IMG/VR virus record: IMGVR_UViG_3300045988_070370 | Span: 1 to 64,000 of that record | Source of the DNA: a virus | Direction: 5' to 3' (one strand) | Length of the DNA stretch: 64,000 nt | Shown here: positions 26,601-38,600 of the stretch, one piece after another | Layout: every line of letters starts with the position of its first letter | Position numbering within the stretch: the first letter of the stretch is position 1 | Made by a program: the position numbers and the translations under genes | Notes under the pieces: model-generated | The model's database searches: none | Told to the model about the DNA's origin: nothing | The model's input: only the letters and a program-made list of their open reading frames with translations

Positions 26601-29600
26601 CTCTGTCTCCAAGTAGTGAAGTCTATGTAGCCAAGTTCAAAGCCGCTATCATTGCCCATTCGGTTCATGTCGCCCTTGTAAGCCCTGTATGCCGCACTTC
26701 TCTGAGCCACGTCCTCATAGTCAGCTTCCAGAGACTTCTTGAAAGCCATCTGAGCATCACGCTCCAAACCATGCTTAGCCATCATGTAGATACGGACATT
26801 GTCATAACTATCACCCAGCACCTTCTTCATCTGATGATAAGCCTTTCTCAATGGCTGCAAGAACTCATTGTTGTACTCCTCGAACTCGTTCTTACCCTTG
26901 CCATGACTTCTGTTCTCGGCAGTATAGGCATCCTCAGCCATGTTCAGGCGGTCAACACCCACTTCCTTCATAATAGCTTCCTGAGCCTTGCGGATAGCCA
27001 GCATACTATCTTGGAAGGCGATTCTTTTGAGCACAGAACCACGCTGCAACTCTCGGTTGAACTCTCCAAGGGCAGTATCATCACTCAGAAGATGCTGTTC
27101 GTAGGTTGGAGCAGTCTTCCACAGAGCCATCTGTTTGCGGTAGTCGTCCACTCTCCTCAGGAAGTCAACGGCACTCTCGCCAGCGTTGCGTTGTGGGATG
27201 GATGGTCGCTTGGCATCCTTAGGCAGATTATTATCCTTCTTCCACTGGTTCAGGTCGTGCTCAAACTGGTCATAGCGCAAGGAGAATCGGGTATTACCAA
27301 CGATATTGGCATTGTTCTCATCGAATATCACGTAGTTGTAATCGCCTTCCTTAGCACCGCCAAATATATTACCAGCCTTATACTTGATACCAGTGAAACC
27401 AATAGAAGACAGGAACTTACTAACTGCACGACTAGCATCTACATCTTTCCACTTTTTTGTTCTTCTTAAAGCATACATTAGAAAATCATAGGCATTACCG
27501 CCAAATGAACCATCAAAAGAAAAACCACGCTTTTTAAAGTCGTCAAAATCTATTTTTAATCGCCTTAATTCTTTAATGATTGTATTCTTCTGTTTATCTG
27601 TCAAAGGAGCATCCCAATCAAGATAATCTCCATTATCATCAGGAATATCCACATCATAAAGATAAGCAATATTATCAGGAACAGCTATTTCCTCATTCTT
27701 CTTTGCAAGAATATTGCTAAGTTCCTTTAAATCATCATCATCAGGGAACATTTCTAGAGCAGAAGGAAGGTCTTTTCTCATAGCATCCAATCCCTTGTTT
27801 ACATCTTTATATTTATAGATATATTGTCTTACCATATCTTTGTTATTGGCAGACATATCTGTCACAAATTCAAAACCGCCATTATCTTTCCTTATCTTGG
27901 CACGTCTTGTGTAGTCCTCAGCAATATCCTTAGAGTTAGTAACATAACCACCCCAGCCAAACGCTTGTGAACCTTCGCCTTCACCCATGTGGCTGAAATC
28001 GAACTTATCAAAGCTAGCCCCAGTACCATGATAGGTGCGGATGCTAAACTTAGGGTCAGAACCAGTAAGCAGTGGAGCAATCACATGCTCGGTCAACTGG
28101 GTAGGGATTCCGTTGCCGATGATGGTATGGCTCAGATTTTCAGAGAATGGCATCTTGTAATCATCGCTCACTCCTGATACTCTTGCGAGCACTCTGCCCA
28201 TAGCACGATACACCTTGCCATCAGGCATAACAATCACATCACCACTCTTGGTTCGGAGCGTTGGCAGGAGTTCGTCAGCAAAGGCATGAGGAATCTTGCC
28301 ATCAGCATAAGCACTACCCATCACATACAATGGCTTGTCAATGTTTCTCCAGTCAATGCCATCAGCCTTCAAGCGAACGTCCATCCAAGGAGCCACACCA
28401 TTCTTCTTCTCGGTCAGTGTCGGGATAATATCAGCCACAGCTTCATACCATCCGCTCTTGTGTGCCATCTTCTTTGGCTTGTCAGGAAGTTTGCCATCAC
28501 GAACCGCACGGACAATCAATCTCTCTCGGTTGGTGTAGCCGCCATAGTCAGCAGCATTATAGACATCAGCATCCCAAGTATAGCCATTGGCATCCAGCGC
28601 ATCCGTGATAGTCTTCATCGCTTCTGAATCCTTATATCCCTTCACGTTTTCAATGGTCACAACCTTTGGCTTGATAGCATTGATGAACTCGGCAGTACTT
28701 GCAGCAGTCTCCTTGTCAAGTTCCAACTCAGCATGGTTACTCTTCGCCTGAGAGTAGTTCTTGCAGACTGGGCTGGCATGGAAGTACTCTACCTCGCCAT
28801 CTATCTGTTTCACCAACTCCTTAGGGTCAACATCACGAACATCAGCAGTAACGATGTGCTGTCCGAAGTTGTTGCGATATACACCGCTTATCTTCTCATC
28901 ATACTCCACTGCCACTACTGGGTCGATGATACCCTTCAAGCCTTCCTCAACAAGACCGCCACCGCTAAAGTATGTTCCAGCCTTAATGAGAGTGCCATCC
29001 TTCAGGGAGAACTTAGGCTCCTCGCCAGCAATCTCTGCCTTGCGGTTCTCGCCCAGAGCCTGAGCAATATGAATCATCTTCCTGTTAGCCATCTGCCAGC
29101 CGCTCGGCATATCATCAATGGCAGTCTTGATAGCATCATCCACCTCATCAGGAGTGTTCAGACTCTTCAAGTCCTCAGCCATATCAGCCGCCCCACTCTC
29201 CTTTCCGTCAGCCATATCACGGAGAGAGAAGGACACATCGCCAACGCCCAAGAAAATCTGGTCTTTGCGAGCCACGTCCTCAGTAGATTCAGCGAGAGTT
29301 TTTCTTCTCTCCTCAGGAGTCATGTTAATTCGGGCAGACACATTACGAGCTTCCACCTCTCCAGCGAGTGACTTGTAACTGTTGTAATCATCATTCGCCT
29401 GATAAGCATTATAAAGACCTCTGTTCTTCTCAACAATAGCCTTAGCCTCATCTTCCTTGCCTTCTGCACGCAACTGGCGAATCTGCTTAGTAACCTCTGC
29501 TAATCTCTTCTTAATCTCACCTCTAACCAATCTAGGGCTACCTCCTCTATCAAAGCCCTCAATAGACTGGATTGCATGCTGAATCTCGTGATTCAATATA

Positions 29601-32600
29601 CTATTCATATATTTCAGCTCGTCAGCATGGATGGTAATGGTGTTTGTCTTGGCATTATATTCACCATTTGAAGGCATATCGTTCATAATGGCATCCGTTT
29701 CAATACGTACATCTTTCAACTGAGGATAAGCCTTAAATAATTCAGGTGCATCAATCACCTTAGATAGTTTGCCGCCATTCCAGAGCATATCCTCCTCATA
29801 ACGCTTAACGATTTGTCCACCGCCTACGTCCATCGTGTCCTTTATCTTGGCATCAGGCATTTCGTATCTCCACTTGCCATCGGCACCACGCTCCCAGCCA
29901 GTAGCCATCTTGATAGCCTTGGCATCCTTCTTCTCCTCTTCCATCTTGCGAGCCACTGAAAGGAAATCCATACGAGCAGTACGCTCCTCTGCCTTGTCAG
30001 CAGCAGCCGCACCACGCTCACCAGCGAGAGAGAAACGAATATCATTGTTGTCGGCAGAGAAATCGCCATTGTTATTCTCGGCAGACTTGATTTGGTTGGC
30101 ATTAAATGCTACATAAGAAGTCCCACCAAACTCCTCATCATCTATAACAACACCATCATATCCATCCCTTATCTGCTCTTCTCTAAAATTATTTCCCGCC
30201 TCAATTATTGGAGCAACATTTTCATAATCTTCCTCGTAAGAATTGAAATCTTCATCGCTTATATAATTATTCAGATAATCAGCAAGACCTTCCAAAGTGT
30301 AGCCATCGAATGGTTCTACTATATTTAGGAAACACGCCATAGGTTTACCCATATATTCAGGTTGTTTTTTATTTGATGTAAACCAATGACCGATAGTTGT
30401 TGTTGCAGCATAACTCGCATTAGTGGCATTGCCAAATGTATTTTTGCCAACTTCTTTATCTTTCCCAAATATAGTAAAGCTCTCATCCGTATAATGGTAC
30501 ATCACCATAGGCTCGCCATTCTCATCCACCACCTTGGAAGCATTCTCAGGGTCATTCTCCCAATCACCGAACCAGTTCTTGAAGTTGGCAGTACGGACGG
30601 TTGCCCATTGTTCTGCATCCAGTTTGGTCTTCTCACCATTAGGAGCCGTCATATAGGTTCCGTTTGACTTGGCATCAGCCACAATCTTCTCCTTCTCTGC
30701 TTTCAGAGAGAATCGTATATTGTCACTACTATTGATAGCTTCATTGAAGGCACGACTGCGGTCACCTTCCTTATTCGGGTCGTAGTCATACATTGGTAAG
30801 CCAGCATCCTCAATGCCCTTGCGTACATCTTCGCCCAAGTTGTCAGGAACCACGGCAGCAGCAAACTCGTTTAGACGGAGAGGTCTGTTGTATTTAGTCT
30901 CAAAGTACGCACTCTTCAACTCAGTCTGTACTGCATTCTTCAAGGCATCCAGTTTCTTCATGAAGGTAGGAGTAAGGGTAATGCCATATTCTTTCTTGGC
31001 ATACTTCTTAGGGTCAGACTGCAATACAATATCGTGAAGTCTCTGCTCACCATAGAACACATCATTATACAAGAACTTGGCAAGGTCATAATAAACCTCA
31101 CTCCATTTCTCGTAAAAAGCTTCCTTATCCTCATTAGAAGATAACTTATCCTTGTTGGCACGCATTTCGTCTGTAGAATCAACACGACTAGCCAACTTTG
31201 CGATAAAGCTACCAAACGAGGTATATTCGCTTCCATTGGTCTGCCCATCTGCTTCTTCCCTCATAGCCTTTGAAACATTTTCAAGAGTCTCAGGCACATA
31301 CTTTCGGGAACCATCCTTAGTATAGCCACGGAAGATACGGTTCTTCGTTCCGAACTCATCCAGTTTGTTCTCCTGCCATCTGATGTAATCATCATAAAGA
31401 CCATTCTTGTTGACGTAATTACTAGCCTTCACCTTAGACAGATAGAAGTCATACTTCTTGGTATCGTTATGCTCCTTCACAATATCCTCAACAACCTTCT
31501 TCACATCTTTTTTTCTTGGACTTCCGTCCTTGTTAAGCAAGGTTGATTTATAGTCACGCTCAAAGATTTCCTTAGTCTGTTTTCTTACTTGTGGATTGAT
31601 AGGGCTAGCCTTAACGCCAGTCTCCTTATACATCTTTCTTCTTACCTCCAAAGAAACCTTTTCCCAAGTAGGATGGATGATGGCATGCTTAGCCAGACTT
31701 GTAACCTTTTCATTCAGTTCAGGGTCATTCTGCATACTGCTCAGAATATCCTCGGCAGTAGGATGGTCATTGATAATCTCTTTCCAGCGATAATCAATTC
31801 TTGAATCATACGCTTTAATATCAATGCCCTTTTCTTTAAGATACATCAACTCCCAAGCAGGAACACCATTGTCTTCCATTACATCCTTGGTCTGTCTCTT
31901 AATCTCTGCCTTAGCAGCACTAGGGTATTCAAGGCTGTCAACCCAGTCTTCAAACTTCTGACTGCCCTTTTCGCTCATTTGCCGCTCTACGGAAGGATAA
32001 CGCTGAGTATAGGCATCAGTTATCCAAGTACCAGCAGTCTTGCCAGTGCGCTTATCTACAAGGGCAGAAGGAGCAATAAAAGAAATCTCTCCAAAGTTGT
32101 CGTGACCACTCTTGTTGGTATCAATCACAGCCAAAGAAGGATTGGCAAAGCCACCCAGTTTCAAAGCCTTTCTCAGCTTCTCCTCTGTAATGTTATGCAC
32201 TCCTGCAAGAGTTTTTTCATCCTTCAATGAAAACTTTTCTCCATTTTCCTTGGCAGTTTCAGAAGAATTGTCTATCTTTGCAGCAGATAAGTCATCCGTA
32301 AGGTTGGAAAGACCACCAACCTCTTCTGATTGTTCAGAAGGCAGTATGAGGACTTGGTCGCCCTCACGGATGGCTTGTTTCTTTATCAATCCCAAATTTT
32401 TATCATTCACAAAGTGCCAATGAACGATTTCCACATTGTCTTTATTAGGATTTACCTCTAATAATACTGTGCGGTTATTGCCCTTCTCGTCCTTCGTGTT
32501 GATAAGCACCCAATTATATGGTCTAGTTTTCTTTTGATTCTGACCATACAAATCAGGATTGTACAAAGCAGACTTAAAGATTACTTTACTCAATTCAGGA

Positions 32601-35600
32601 GTAACGTCCTTATGTCTCATATAATTACGCTCAAAGATATTCTTCTTGATAACAACTGGCTTGCCTTCTGTTCCGATAGCATCAGCAATTTTCTTTGGTA
32701 AACTAGGCAATTCTACATTTCTGGTAGGATGCAAGAAGTCTTCATCCGTCAATTCATCAACGGACTTAATCTTATCCAGCTTCAAAGTACCATCCTGATT
32801 CAGAGGATTCCCCTGATTATCCTTCAACGAGAACTTTACCTTAGTATAGTCTTTAAATGGCTTTAGCTTACGTTTGCTTGTATCAAGCCACTTGTCGAAC
32901 TCATCCTTACTTACTCCAGTAATATTTCCAAGACCTTTCCATCCCTTGCTATAGTTGGCGAGATAAGCCTTTTCTGCATCATCCATGGAGTCATAGCCGT
33001 ACATCACCTTATGCTCATCAAACGAGCCATCAGGATTCACTTGGTCAACGACAAACACATCACCATCCCAATTATCAAGGTCTGCCTTGTCGTTAATAAA
33101 CATATCCAGATGGTCGCCATCCTTACCGAACTTACCACGGATATAGCCATAGGTATCGTGCATGGTTACTTTCCACTCTTTGCCATTAGCATCCTTGCCT
33201 GAGCGAGTCGAACCCTTTGGATTCTCTATAGTATAATCGTAGCCACCGAACTTGATGTGTCCCTTCTTGTAGTTGCCACTCTCTTTCTGTGCGTCAGACG
33301 GATTGGTTTCTGTTTCTTCAATAGCAGACTTCAAACGGAGAGAGAACTTGGTGTGATTAGTAATTTGAGCATTGTTCTCGTCAAAGATAACATAGTTCAT
33401 CTTGCCTTCCTTGTTACCGCCAGTAGTGCGGTCTGCAATAACCTTAACTCCAACAATACCTTGCTTATTTAAAGCCAAAGATGCTAACTTATCGGAATGC
33501 AGGACTTTGGAAAGTTCGCTGTAAAGCCCATTACCTTTTTGTCTATTCCACAACTGCCAATACTGATACTTTCCATTCTCTGTCTTCTCAAAGTAATCGT
33601 AGTTCCCATCAGAATCATACATAGTATAGCCATCTTCCTCCATAACACGTCTCTTTGCTTCGAGCATTTTAGGAGTGATAGGCTCATCCCATCCGATGTA
33701 GTTATCACCAGTATCATCAGGAATATCAACAGAGTAAAGGTTTCGTGGTTTTCCTATGGAATCCAACTTCTTCTGCAAAGCGTCAATCTTAGTCTTTACA
33801 TCTTTGATGTCACTTTCCTTAGTTTTTACATTCTGCTTATATTTTTCAACCTGTTCGCTATAATACATAACATCAGATTCGTACATGTCAACACCAAGAC
33901 CTGTGCCACTTTCCTTTGCCTTTGAAAGTTCTCCCTTAGCCTCATCAAGTCTTGATTGGTACAAATCTACATAGGATTTTGCATCTTTCAACTCATCCTC
34001 CAATAAATCAAGACCAGACTTGGTATCTGCCAAATTCTGTGCGACAGTATCATAGTCTTCATTAATCTTAAAGTCAGAAGGATTCAAACCTTTCAAAACA
34101 TTCAGCTCATCTTGAACTTGCTTGGCTTTCATCTTCGCAAACGGGGTGTCGTCAACGGATGCAAGTTTCTTCTCACCAGCATCTATCATCTGTGATATAG
34201 CCTCTTTAGCGGAAATGTTAAACTTATCCATATTAAAGGCAACTTGATAGATAATTGATGGAGTTTTATACGTCATAGGTTTATCTTGATACATCAGTCT
34301 TGAAGGTGCATTCTTCTTTGCATTCTGCTTAGCATAAGCCTTGGCAATACCTTCCACCTCGCTTACATAGGTTCCCCAGCCATAAGCCTGAGCACCCTCA
34401 CCACTACCCATGAAGGAGTGGTCGAACTTGTCAAACGATGCTTGGGAGCCGTGATAAGTCTTGATGGAGAACTTAGGAGCATCAGCTATCTCCTGATTAA
34501 TGCTGTTCACAACATCATCAGTAACAATATCGCCCTCCTGAATCTGCTGAGGTTCACGACCAGCCTTGCTTACCAAGTCAGCTTGCTCTGCTCTGGTCAA
34601 GATACGGTTCACCTTCATCGCACCAGTAATCACCCAAGGGTCAGTCTCAGGGTTCGGATTGGTACGATACATATAATAGCCATCAGTAGGCAGATGTTTC
34701 AGACCAGCCAATGAATGCTGATACTTACCAGATGGATTGATACCCTCTTGGCGAGCTTCCTCCTGATAATCAACATCAGCAGCATATTCCACCTCAGCGA
34801 AGACGAAGTTCTTAGGAAAAAGAGTCTTGTTTCCCTCAGCATCCTTGCGGTTGAACTGGATAGCGTAAGGCACTACACCAAGATGCCAGCCTGGTCTATA
34901 GGCTAGCTTACCGCTACCGCCTTGTGTTCCCTTGCCGCCCTGCTTAACCTGAGGTCTGCCAGTCTTGCTTTCTCCTGCTATAGGAGCCGCATCGGCATCG
35001 AGCCATACACCAACTGGAGTAGCAGCACCATCAGGGTTCGCTACCATTGGTGGATAGAGTTTGCCATCCTTTAGCACGAACACCTTGTAGCCGACACCCT
35101 TCTTCTTAGGTTCAGGCTTTTGACGGAGAGAGAACGAAACATCTTCGCCAGTCTCAGAGTTTGTCACCTCACCTTTGGCAGTCTTCACGTAGGCTTGTTC
35201 GATAGAGCGGATGATGTTCTTGGTCACATCGCTATACTCAGTACCAAAGAATGCCAACTTAATCTTCTGCAATATCTCATGGATAGCAGCGAGCAGAGGA
35301 TGAGACATCTTCATAGCGAGAGTATGAGCCAAGTTGAGGTCACGAATCATTTCACCTACCGCATCAGCAACAACCTCCTCAGCATAGTAATCTCTAGCAC
35401 GTCCAGAGAATCCAGCATCGGAATATCTCAGCATGGTCTCATCTACCGCCTTGTCGAAGGCATCAGAGCCATAGGTATCAAGCACAAGCTGAGTCAACTC
35501 ATTGTATGCAGCAGGGTTCAGGCTCTTGATTTGGTGAGTCATTTCGTGACCGAAGATGAACTGGGCACCTTCCGTGATGGAAGAGTCTAGAGTGATGAAG

Positions 35601-38600
35601 ATTGTACGATGAACGTTGCCATCAGCATCCTTGGTCTCCTGAATCCAGCCGTTGCCCAACTTGTCGGAGTACTGCCACTGAATGTTGGCACCCATCATCT
35701 TAGCCAGTCTCTCGAAAGCCTTGCGAGTTTTCTGCCCCACGATGTTGTCAACGACCTTCATATCATCCACCTTATTCTTCTCTACGTCGGCTGCACGCTC
35801 GGCAGTTGTCTGCTGCTTGCCATTCTCCTTAGCAGAGAAAGGAAGGTCAGATTCATCAAGTTGTTCACCCAAAGGCTTCTCATCCGTTGCATCCTCGGGA
35901 GCCTCAATAGCATTGCTACCCTCTCTTAGTGTGTCAGGGAACTTTGTCTGCTCATTTACAAAATCTCTAAACTCTTTAGCGGTAGCAGCATCATAGAACG
36001 TTGCACCTTCTGTGATTTCGCTATCTATATTAGAAGAATGATTGAGGTCACGTCCTGCATTGAACTCCTCTTGCAGTTTTCCGAGTTGCTCAACGACTTC
36101 CGCATTGTCTGGGAAATAAATCACTTGGTTTATATTCTTGCCCTCATCAGGAACAAGAGTACTAACACCAAAGCCATCTTTGCACATCAAGAACAAATCA
36201 GCGTAGCTATTTAACTTAGATGTAGGGTCTATCTCTAAGCCTTGCTTCTTTGCCCATTTTGCAAGTTCTATAATATTGTTATTAATAGGTTCTCCTTGTT
36301 TATCAATAGCTGGTAAATCTATATTCTCCTCAGCCTTTTTCTTTTCCTCTTCTGCTTTCTTCTCCAGTTCAGCCTTTTTCTTTTCTTCCTCCTCCTTAGC
36401 TTTCTGTTGCTCGTAATATGCAGCATTCTCAGCAGCAGTCCTTTCTTCTTCAATGAGTTTTTCTGCCTGAGCGATACGAATATTCTCAATAAAACTTCTT
36501 GCTTCCGAAGCCTTGAAACCGCTTGTGAGCACATCAATAAGAGCATTACGAATATCTTGTGTATCGAGAGATTCAAGGTTGGATGGACGATTATCCCACA
36601 GACTATGTACGAGTGCATCTATAGTCGTTCCTTTGCCATCAGCAGCGAGCAACTGGGTCTTGGCAAAGTCTTCTCTGCTCAATCCAGTCTCTTGCTTAAC
36701 ACCCTTGCTTGTTTCTGTTCCCTCATAGTTGAGAGAGTGAGCACCGAGGTTGCTAGCCACATACTCCTCAGCAGTAAGCGGAATGGTATCTGTCACATCA
36801 ATGCCTGTACCATCATACAGACGATGCAGCAGAGTTCCAACCGTCTCCTTATAGATTTGAGCAACAGCCTCTGCATCATCCTTCACCGCACTCTTCAAGC
36901 GAGCAAACTTTCTTCTTGCCTTCTCAATAAGATTCTTTCTGCCCTCAGCAGTATCTTCCACCTTGGCAAGTTGTCGCTCATTATAGGCATCACGGATAGC
37001 GATAGCAGAGTCATAAGCCGCCTGAGCATCAGCAATAGCCTTCTCCTTAGCATCCTTGGAAGCCTTCTGTTCTAAGAAAGTCTTACCCTTCACGGTCATG
37101 TTGTTAGCCTTGTCGAGTGCCTTCTTTGCATCAGACACATATCCAGATACGATACTATCTGCATCCTCACCAAACTGATTATCATATAGCTCAGCAGTCT
37201 GTGCGGCAGTCAGCTTCGAGAAGTCAGGATTGCCATCCTCCAGCATAGGTACGATGGTTCCATCTTCAAGGGTAATGGTAGGAGCAGCAGGAGTCTGTTC
37301 TGTTGCAGGAGTCTCAGTAGTCTCATCAGAAGGAGCAGTAGTCTCTGTATTCTCTGCTACCTCAGGAGTTGTTTCATCCTCTATTGTAGGAGATTCCACC
37401 TCTATCTCACCTCTATTCTCTCCACTATTATCCTCTATCATTGAGGAGGCAGCAAATGCTTGCTTATACTCATCGAGCGACATAGAAGAGATTGTAGCCA
37501 CATCTTCTTTGTTCACAGCATGAGGAACAATAGTACCATCACTCTTCAACTCAACTACCTTAGCCTTAGCACCAGTATCACGAATAAGGAACAACTTGGA
37601 GTCAGGGTATTTAGTGTTACCATCCTCATCAAGTACATCAACGAGCACCACGTTTCCATTATCATTAAGTATTTGATTGAAATCAAATGAAGGTTGAGTC
37701 TCTTCTGTCTCCTGAGTCTGTTGGTCTGCACGTTCCTTCTCCAACTGCTCACGCTGAGCCTTAGCAGCTTCCAGTCTCTTCTGGTCTTCCAAGTCTTTCA
37801 TCTGCTGCAAGTCTGCAAGCGAATAAGGATTCTCCACCACGTTACCATCTATAGAGACAGCAGCAGTACCATCACCATAATCAGCCAACACCTCATAGGT
37901 ATGTTCAATACCATCAGTATCAGTCACATTGAACTGAGAGCCAACCTCTACAGTTCCGTCAATGATGCCAGCAATCTCTTTGATAGCATTCTCTTTTGCA
38001 TCAGCTACCGCCTGAGCCTTCACATCATCAGCAGGAAGTTCTTCACCCAGTTCAGCAAACATCAACGCATCAGCATGTTCTACACTATTCGTTGTCGGGT
38101 CGTAGTAGAGAATCATATCATCACTATTGCTTACATCAATAGAACCATCTTCATGAGTAGCAATATTACCGCTGATAATATACACACCATAATCTTCCAA
38201 ACCGCCTGATGCTTTGATGGTAGCGTTACGAACGGAGCCACGACTTCGGTCTGTGTACATATCCACTTTCTGTGCCGCCTGATGAGCAGCTATATCAACC
38301 TTGTCTTGTGCATCATCAATCACACCTTGGTATCGGGCAGAAGACAACTGATAATCATAGATAGCTTGGTCAAGTTTATCATCCTGTCCTGTCAGGGATT
38401 CCAGTTCCTCATCACTCATGGCAGATAGCTGCTGCTCAGAGATGCCAAATGCTGCTGCAAGAGTCTTCATCTGGTCTTCCTGCTGAATCTGAATATCATG
38501 CTTGTCTGCATCATCTGCATTATGACCTTCCGTATAAGCATCATCAAGGTCGTTTGATAATGTTGGAGCAGTATCACCTTCTTCAACCTTATCTTTTGTC

